Shown: positions 19,355 to 25,548 of the stretch, one piece after another
Layout of the letters: each line of letters starts with the position of its first letter
Numbering within the stretch: position 1 is the stretch's first letter
NCBI GenBank assembly: GCA_019358915.1
Contig: JAHHIM010000050.1
Span: 1 to 25,548, forward strand
Origin: Trichormus sp. ATA11-4-KO1
Lineage (GTDB): Bacteria > Cyanobacteriota > Cyanobacteriia > Cyanobacteriales > Nostocaceae
Reading direction: 5' to 3'
Length of the DNA: 25,548 nucleotides
Position numbers and translations under genes: made by a program
Notes under the pieces: model-generated
Databases searched by the model: none
What the model was told of the DNA's origin: nothing
Seen by the model: only the letters and a program-made list of their open reading frames with translations

Positions 19355-19428
19355 AATGTTATGAACTTATGACATTTAATTAGCTTCTATAGGTACTAAT
19401 AAGCCACAATGTCATGAAATAATGACAT
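19355..19428. promoter_or_regulatory. Two copies of a palindromic candidate operator ATGTYAT-N6-ATGACAT
   Basis: AATGTTATGAACTTATGACAT (19355-19375) and AATGTCATGAAATAATGACAT (19408-19428), 18/21 identical. Confidence 0.5.
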
Positions 19429-19656
19429 ATTGATCCCGAAAAAGCTGAAAATTCGTACAGCAGGTAAAAAAGCACCTTGAGACCCCTTGATCCCTACCAA
19501 GGTTTACTGGTTAATATTTACTTAACAACAGGACTCCTCCGATCCCGAAAAAATGCTGATCTTGGCATTACCCAGGAATCGAGTAGTAACCCTCAATTTA
19601 AAAACAGACTAAAAATCTTAAAAACTGGGCAAAACCAGAAGTCAGAGATAAAAAAT

Positions 19657-19850
19657 GTGAGTTCGACAAGTGGAAAAAACCCCTCTCCAAACCTCTCCCC
19701 TGCCAGGAGGAGCCACTGCGTTGCGCGGGTTCCCCGCGTTGTAGCAAGTGGCGTTAGAGGCTTCACAACCTTAATTTATCGTTGAGCTTTCAAGATATTT
19801 AAGCCCCTCTCCGCTTCGGAGAGGGGTTGGGGAGAGGTTATCGAATTCAC
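19657..19850. repeat. MITE-like dispersed repeat containing a nested GC-rich hairpin repeat
   Basis: Ends GTGAGTTCGA / TCGAATTCAC (9/10 inverted); CCTCTCCCC / GGGGAGAGG arms; hairpin CCCCTCTCCG-CTT-CGGAGAGGGG (19804-19826); nested unit 19711-19754. Confidence 0.7.
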
Positions 19851-19944
19851 GTTAAAAAAAATCATCTGGGGTGGATGACATTTTATAAAGCATTCTCTAA
19901 CCCGGGGAAATCATTGACTTTTCAAACTACTGGAGGCCAAATTA

Positions 19945-21174
19945 ATGGCAAAAGAACGCCCGCCACTAGAAGAGATGACATTACGGCAACTACGCAAAGT
20001 TGCCAGCGAATATAGCATCTCTCGTTACAGCCGAATGCGTAAATCTCAACTGCTGGCATCGATTCAAGAAGTCCAGCGCAGCAAAGTGTCGCTTAGCCCA
20101 ACTCGTTCACTGGAGGCACAGGAAACCGTGGAAGCAGCAAAATTTGAATTAGGTCAAGAAGACCGGACTGGTGGTTCTCTGGCTGATGTTGATGAAGGAC
20201 TGGCAGATTTACCAGCCGGTTATGGTGAAAGCCGGATTGTCCTTTTACCCCGCGATCCTCAGTGGGCTTACACGTACTGGGATATTCCCAATGAACACAA
20301 AGCGGAACTAAGGCGACAAGGGGGACAGCAACTAGCACTGCGAATCTATGATGTTACCGACATCAGCCTTGACAACCAAAGTCCTCACAGCATCCAAGAA
20401 TATCCGGCTGACGAACTGGCCAGGGAATGGTACATCCCAATTCCAGTGAGCGATCGCGATTATGTTATCGATATCGGTTATCGTGCTGCTGATGGTCGTT
20501 GGTTGGTATTAGCTCGTTCGGCGCGAGTCCACATTCCTCCCGTATATCCATCTGACTGGATTGAAGATGCCTTCGTCACCGTCAACTTTGAAGAAGATTT
20601 ACATGGTAAGACCGTTTACGAATTAGTTCCTCCTGCTAAGAAAGCCGCCGCCGCAGCAGGTGTCAACGGTAACCCCATCTACGACCAAATCTTTGGCATG
20701 GCCGAATCTGCCGAAGCCCAACGCGTTGCTGGTTCTCTCTTCGGTTCCATGCAGCAAGTCCCAGGTTCAGCGCGTCCCGAACAAGCGATCAGTTCCTACG
20801 TTTTCCCATCTGGTGTAGGTATGTGGGCAGTTCCCACTGCTTCTGGTTTAACTATGTCAGGCGTTGGTTTCTCAGCTTCCGCCGTACCCATGCGTCCCCG
20901 CCAATTCTGGTTAGTTGCTGATGCTGAGTTAATTGTTTATGGTGCTACCGAACCTGATGCTACGGTTACCATTGGTGGTCGTCCAATTAAGCTAAATCCA
21001 GATGGGACATTCCGCTTCCAAATGTCCTTCCAAGATGGTTTAATTGACTATCCAATTTTGGCTATTGCTGCTGATGGTGAGCAAACACGATCAATTCACA
21101 TGAAATTCAATCGTGAAACCCCATCTCGCAATACCAACACTAAAGAAGAAGCTGTTCTAGAATGGTTTTCCTAG
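19945..21174 (+). CDS. DUF4912 domain protein with N-terminal Rho-N-like domain
   Basis: LEEMTLRQLRKVA...YSRMRKSQL (Rho-N); LPAGYGESRIVLLPRDPQWAYTYWD; FWLVADAELIVYGATEPDA; SD GGAGG. Confidence 0.9.
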   Translation: MAKERPPLEEMTLRQLRKVASEYSISRYSRMRKSQLLASIQEVQRSKVSLSPTRSLEAQETVEAAKFELGQEDRTGGSLADVDEGLADLPAGYGESRIVLLPRDPQWAYTYWDIPNEHKAELRRQGGQQLALRIYDVTDISLDNQSPHSIQEYPADELAREWYIPIPVSDRDYVIDIGYRAADGRWLVLARSARVHIPPVYPSDWIEDAFVTVNFEEDLHGKTVYELVPPAKKAAAAAGVNGNPIYDQIFGMAESAEAQRVAGSLFGSMQQVPGSARPEQAISSYVFPSGVGMWAVPTASGLTMSGVGFSASAVPMRPRQFWLVADAELIVYGATEPDATVTIGGRPIKLNPDGTFRFQMSFQDGLIDYPILAIAADGEQTRSIHMKFNRETPSRNTNTKEEAVLEWFS

Positions 21175-21249
21175 AATACTAAAGTGCTGAGTGCTGAGTA
21201 TAAACCCAGTTGCTTCCAGTTACTTCATGTCCTAAACATGGAATTATTC

Positions 21250-21280
21250 CCCGCTACAGCAATGCTGTAGCGGGTTTTTT
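21250..21280 (+). terminator. Rho-independent terminator
   Basis: CCCGCTACAGC-AAT-GCTGTAGCGGG followed by TTTTTT. Confidence 0.9.
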
Positions 21281-21381
21281 AGTTATGCTCTTTGGTAAGG
21301 GTACGGTATACGCACAATTGCATCATTCCCGCCTCCCAATGAATTGGGAGTTTCATAGCAAAAGTCCACTTTAGTGGACTT

Positions 21382-21420
21382 ACTCAGCACTCAGCACTCA
21401 ACACTCAGCACTCAGCACTC
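21382..21420 (+). repeat. STRR-type heptamer tandem repeat (ACTCAGC)n
   Basis: About 5.5 copies of ACTCAGC/ACTCAAC; inverted copies at 21184-21200; related short arrays near 14098-14131 and 11527-11540. Confidence 0.85.
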
Positions 21421-21423
21421 TAA

Positions 21424-22863
21424 CTATGACTCTGCCCAGTTTTTTGCCCAAGCAAGAGTTTGATGTACCTGCTCAAGGGTAGAAGCTTCGCAGTAGAGGC
21501 GTAACACTGGTTCAGTACCGCTAAACCGAATCATTAACCAGCTGTTGTCAGCTAGACGGAATTTATAGCCGTCAATTGTCTGGCAATCAACTACTGCTTT
21601 ACCAGCAATTTCTAGTAATGGTTGGGTTTGCAGTTGTTGTAAAAGACGCGATCGCACTTCCATGCTGGCTAAGGGCAGATCAATGCGATCGTAAGCTGAG
21701 GTGAAACCTGTTTTTTCTTGCAATTGGCGATAATAATCGCTTAAATCTAGCCCAGATTCCACGATCGCCTCTAGCACGTACAGTGCCGAAAGCAGGGCAT
21801 CGCGTTCGGGAATATGGCTACCATAGCCGATTCCTCCCGACTCTTCACCACCCAGTAATACATCTGCGGCTAACATTCTGTCGGCGATGTATTTGTAACC
21901 TACAGGTGTTTCAAACAACGCTAAGTTATGTAATGCTGCCACACGAGGAATTAAATCAGAACCGCTTACAGTTTTGACAATTTCGCCGCTAAAGCCGCGC
22001 CGTAGGGTTAAGTGGTCGATTAATATCGGAATTAATATTTGGGAACTCAAAAAGTTACCTTCTCCGTCCACGGCGGCAATGCGATCGCAGTCTCCATCAA
22101 ATACTAACCCCACCGCTAAACCTGAGTTATCTGTTTTGCGGTGAGTCTTGATCACCTCGAATAAACGAGAAAGATATTTTGGTAGAGGTTCTGGCGCACC
22201 ACCTTCAAATAAAGGATCGCGATCGCTGTTGATTTCTTGGACACCATCACCTAGTAGTTGCGCCAATCCGCCAGCCGCCGCACCGTGCATCACGTCAGCA
22301 AATAGTGTGAGTTTGCCAGAGGCGATCGCCTGACGAATTTTGGTGATATTAACTTTGCCTTCTAGTGCTGCGGTGTAACTAGGCCAAGGATTAAATTTTT
22401 CTTGTTTGCCAGGAGTGGCTACGGTCGGTACACCCTCAAATAACAAAGCTTCTATTTCTTTTGTCACTTCTGGCGGTACTGAACCACCAAAGGAACCCTT
22501 GACTTTTAATCCTAAATATGTACCAGGATTATGGCTAGCTGTAATGACCAGCGCCCCCAAAGCATTAAGTTGTTTTGCTGCCCAACTAAAAGCTGGGGTT
22601 GGGGCATAGGTTTCGCTCAGTAAAACATCAAATCCAATGGCGGTGACTGTATCGGCGACAGCACGAGCAAAATCTTCTGCCATAAATCGGCGATCGTAGC
22701 CGATCACAATTGTCTGGCTACCTACTGTAGAAAAGTATGTATTATATAATACTTTTGCAGCAACTGGCGCGACCAGGGCTAGGCGTTCAAAGGTGAACTC
22801 ATCACCAATAACGCCCCGCCAGCCGTCTGTACCAAACTTAATGGAGTTAGCAGCAACTGGCAT
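21424..22863 (-). CDS. Phosphoglucomutase/phosphomannomutase family protein
   Basis: FGTDGWRG, catalytic TASHNP, metal loop DGDCDR, GEESGG, RFSGTEP. Confidence 0.96.
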   Translation of the reverse strand: MPVAANSIKFGTDGWRGVIGDEFTFERLALVAPVAAKVLYNTYFSTVGSQTIVIGYDRRFMAEDFARAVADTVTAIGFDVLLSETYAPTPAFSWAAKQLNALGALVITASHNPGTYLGLKVKGSFGGSVPPEVTKEIEALLFEGVPTVATPGKQEKFNPWPSYTAALEGKVNITKIRQAIASGKLTLFADVMHGAAAGGLAQLLGDGVQEINSDRDPLFEGGAPEPLPKYLSRLFEVIKTHRKTDNSGLAVGLVFDGDCDRIAAVDGEGNFLSSQILIPILIDHLTLRRGFSGEIVKTVSGSDLIPRVAALHNLALFETPVGYKYIADRMLAADVLLGGEESGGIGYGSHIPERDALLSALYVLEAIVESGLDLSDYYRQLQEKTGFTSAYDRIDLPLASMEVRSRLLQQLQTQPLLEIAGKAVVDCQTIDGYKFRLADNSWLMIRFSGTEPVLRLYCEASTLEQVHQTLAWAKNWAES

Positions 22864-23048
22864 CGAGGTATCCTAACTGTTTACTTGAGGATTTTAGCAT
22901 TTGTACAGTGTATGAACTTAAAAAAAAATAAGTAAGTAATATCCTCTGGTTAATGTGTGATTAACTACTATAAAGCATAGTGAGAATTTTTTGAGATTTT
23001 GAGAACACTTTGGTGGTAAAAGCTGGGAATTGAAAATCCCAAATTGGT

Positions 23049-24731
23049 TTAAGGATTTGATTGTTTCAATGCTTGATTTAATTGGTCTGCTGACAACGAC
23101 TTTAACAGACTGAGATTGAGAGGAGCTTGACTCAGATATTGAGCATAAGCTGGTTGGAGATAGATACTATATTCCGGGCGGTTCAGCAGATGAGTTTCCC
23201 AAAAAGCCACATTTAAAGCCTTGAGATAGGAATAAGCCGGCGCACGGTCTGGACCTAACAAGGCTGGCGGTATCGGTAACACATCATTTTCCGGAGTTGG
23301 TTCGGCAATCAAACTAAAGTGGGTGGCATTTTCGATTAAAGCTAAATACTTGTTGGGGGTAGTAAGCCAGGTGAAGGGGCGAATCTGCTCAGATACTACC
23401 GGAGTCGCAATATCTTGACTACCTGCTACCAGCATGACAGGAATTTGAATTTGACTAATGCCGCTTTGATTGAAAATGGAGCTAGATAAGGGATTAATGG
23501 CCAAGACTGCTTTAATGCGATCGTCTTTGAGTTCGTAATTTCTCTGGGGTAATTCAGTTGCTTGACACTGCAAAACAAGCGACAAATTAAAAGAGGAAAT
23601 ACCGGGATTACAGTCTTGTCGAAGTTGTTCAAAGTTAATACTTGCTCCTGCCAAAGTTAAAACAGTGTACCCACCAAACGAATGACCAATGGCCCCGACT
23701 TGCTGAAGATTAAGTTTTCCTTTAAGGCTAGGATCTGACTTTTCCATCATCTCGAGTTCATCAAGGAGAAACTTGATATCCAAAGGTCGGTTGATAAATT
23801 CCTTTGCTTCTGGTGGCCCTGCCAAACCCGTCAAATAGCGCTGCACACGTTCGGCATTACTACCAGGATGTTCCGGTACAGCTACAGCAAAACCGTAGGA
23901 TGCTAAATGTTCAGCTAAATAAGCCAAGGCAAAACGATCTGAAGCCACGCCATGAGAAATGACGATTACAGGAAAGGGAGGTGAGGGGTCGGCTTGGCTA
24001 GTTCTGAATGTGGCTTCTGGCAAATAAAGATCCATCGGCATCACGCGATCGCGCTGAAAATCTCTGAGTATAAATTCCTGGCGTTGCCAAGTAAATGAAC
24101 CAGGCGATCGCAAATCTGGCTGTTGAGAAAAGTCAACAGCAGTCTTGGCAGTTGCAGTTTGAGGCGAAGTGTTCATTAGCACAGAATGAATCGCTTCTTG
24201 TTGAACCCAAGCAACCACCTCATCCCTTTTTTTCAGTACTTGGGATAAATCATCGACTATCTTCAACCCTGCTGTAAAATTTAGGCGTATAGTACGCGAG
24301 GGAAACTTACGCAGCAAATTTACAACTGTTAAGCCTTCTGGATCAGCAGCAGCCAAGATTAAAGCCCCTCGTAGAGCATAAAAACCATTTTGGCGAGAAT
24401 CAGTGAGCAGTAAATCTCCCAAACGTTGTACAACATCTTCGCCTATGGGTGAGTAAGTAACTTGTGATACAAGGGTTGGCGTGACATTGAAACGTTGCTG
24501 GAGCAGCTCCCGCAACTGAGCTAGTTGCTGAGGATTGGTACGGCTGGCATAAAACGCCAGTTCATCAGTAATTTTGCCTTCCTTCGCAAAAACTTCTAAA
24601 GAGTCAACGCTGAGGGAAAACTCTCCAAAGGGAGGGTAAAAAAAGCTAATGCGCTCAGCGCTTAGTCCAGGAGTAGCAGTTAGCAACGTAGATAGCAGTC
24701 CGAAACTCAGAGATGTCAAAATTTTTTTCAT
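23049..24731 (-). CDS. DUF1400-containing secreted alpha/beta hydrolase (second paralog)
   Basis: Signal peptide MKKILTSL...LSA-E; SHGVAS, HPGS, GHSFGG, ATHFS. Start placed at ATG 24731 after AGGGGG; the ORF is open from 24791. Confidence 0.88.
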   Translation of the reverse strand: MKKILTSLSFGLLSTLLTATPGLSAERISFFYPPFGEFSLSVDSLEVFAKEGKITDELAFYASRTNPQQLAQLRELLQQRFNVTPTLVSQVTYSPIGEDVVQRLGDLLLTDSRQNGFYALRGALILAAADPEGLTVVNLLRKFPSRTIRLNFTAGLKIVDDLSQVLKKRDEVVAWVQQEAIHSVLMNTSPQTATAKTAVDFSQQPDLRSPGSFTWQRQEFILRDFQRDRVMPMDLYLPEATFRTSQADPSPPFPVIVISHGVASDRFALAYLAEHLASYGFAVAVPEHPGSNAERVQRYLTGLAGPPEAKEFINRPLDIKFLLDELEMMEKSDPSLKGKLNLQQVGAIGHSFGGYTVLTLAGASINFEQLRQDCNPGISSFNLSLVLQCQATELPQRNYELKDDRIKAVLAINPLSSSIFNQSGISQIQIPVMLVAGSQDIATPVVSEQIRPFTWLTTPNKYLALIENATHFSLIAEPTPENDVLPIPPALLGPDRAPAYSYLKALNVAFWETHLLNRPEYSIYLQPAYAQYLSQAPLNLSLLKSLSADQLNQALKQSNP

Positions 24732-25001
24732 TAAAACCGCCCCCTGTATATCCCATCTAAACAAGTTTGGGTGGAGAAGAAAGCAGGGCATAATCTGTGC
24801 CGCTTTCCTGTTTACTGTGGTTACTCATATCAAATAGACTACAAGCAGAAGAAAGCAAGTACTTACATTCATAGTCTTACATATACTTCAGTAAATTATG
24901 CTGAAATAAATTATGGGCTAGGAGATTGCAACCAGTAGCATGATAATTAATTAAAGAGAATTCACAAATTAAACTAACAACCTAAAAGTTATATATTACT
25001 A

Positions 25002-25424
25002 ATGAATCAAAAATTGTGGATTACAGCTTTAATTGCCTTTATTAATTCCCTCAGTTTGACAATTTTAATTCCCATTATTTATCTGTATGGAAAACAATTT
25101 AATCTTAGCGATTTTCAGACCAGTTTGTTATTTTCGACTTATTCCATAGCTCAGTTTTTTGCGACTCCCGTTATTGGTAAACTATCGGATCGCTTTGGAC
25201 GCAAGCCATTACTGATTATTAGTTTAGCTGGAACTGTAATTGCAAATTTAATTGCTGGCACTGCCACAACGGCAAGTATTTTGTTTTTAGCACGATTTTT
25301 AGATGGCATTACTGGTGGTAATACTTCTGTTGCTCAAGCCATTATTTCCGATGTTACTACTCCAGAAAATCGAGCTAAAGGTTTTGGCATTTATGGAGCA
25401 GCATTTGGGTTAGGCTTTGTATTA
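25002..25424 (+). pseudogene. MFS transporter (DHA1/TetA-like), N-terminal part, interrupted by IS5-family element
   Basis: Motif A GKLSDRFGRKP, ARFLDGITGG, and motif C start AFGLGFVL, which runs directly into the IS end. Only about 141 codons, against roughly 400 expected for a 12-TM MFS protein. Confidence 0.88.
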
Positions 25425-25548
25425 GAGGGTGTTTGAAAAGTCAGAAAGGTTGTAAAAAAGCTCTCTCAGTATAAGCTGTGAATGAATAGTAAACAGCACC
25501 GAGAGAGTGACATGAGTAAAGCTTACCCCAGCAATCTGACCCGTGACC
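25425..25548 (+). mobile_element. IS5-family insertion sequence, left end and transposase start, cut by window edge
   Basis: TIR-like GAGGGTGTTTGAAAAGTC directly after TTA (25422-25424, probable target); ORF from 25512 reads MSKAYPSNLTRD, matching the YPS(D/N)LT N-terminus of IS5-family transposases. Confidence 0.85.

Larger units (their letters stand above)
2205..24111. repeat. Dispersed HIP1 octamers (GCGATCGC)
   Basis: Seen at 2205, 2931, 8385, 9024, 11564, 16011, 16683, 18757, 19175, 20450, 21648, 22081, 22219, 22322, 24045 and 24104. Confidence 0.92.

Noticed and set aside
19477..20015. ORFs 19477-19785 and 19827-20015
   Set aside because: They run through the dispersed repeat element, or overlap the DUF4912 start out of frame; weak TTG starts.
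2639..24837. Remaining short ORFs nested in or antisense to long genes (e.g. 3315-3641, 6388-6597, 9718-9981, 11707-12066, 18897-19277, 22406-22609)
   Set aside because: Shadow frames of well-supported genes with no independent motifs or RBS.

Overview
Chromosomal window from a filamentous heterocyst-forming-type cyanobacterium (Nostocales-like). The evidence is at least 16 HIP1 GCGATCGC octamers, ACTCAGC heptamer arrays and typical gene content. Both ends are insertion sequences that break host genes: an IS1-family 3' end abutting a phnM 3' fragment, and an IS5-family left end truncating an MFS transporter. Bases ~7900-25000 are mostly housekeeping or conserved genes: two DUF1400 alpha/beta hydrolases, a Ser/Thr kinase, fbaA, tRNA-Lys, an aldose epimerase, pdhA, ftn2/zipN, an AEC transporter, a DUF4912 protein and a phosphohexomutase. 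The most interesting part is the AT-rich accessory block at 794-7431. It holds an HTH-NB-ARC-pentapeptide-14xWD40 STAND protein convergent with a two-gene unit. That unit encodes a heme-oxygenase-like dimetal oxidase (HDO) candidate and a 65-aa acidic, precursor-like peptide with a strong RBS. Two paralogous ribbon-helix-helix proteins with opposite-charge DNA-binding strands bracket the block. I infer, without proof, a minimal RiPP-like signal-generating module paired with an intracellular NLR-like receptor/transcription factor. All family assignments come from motif recognition by eye; no database searches were run.
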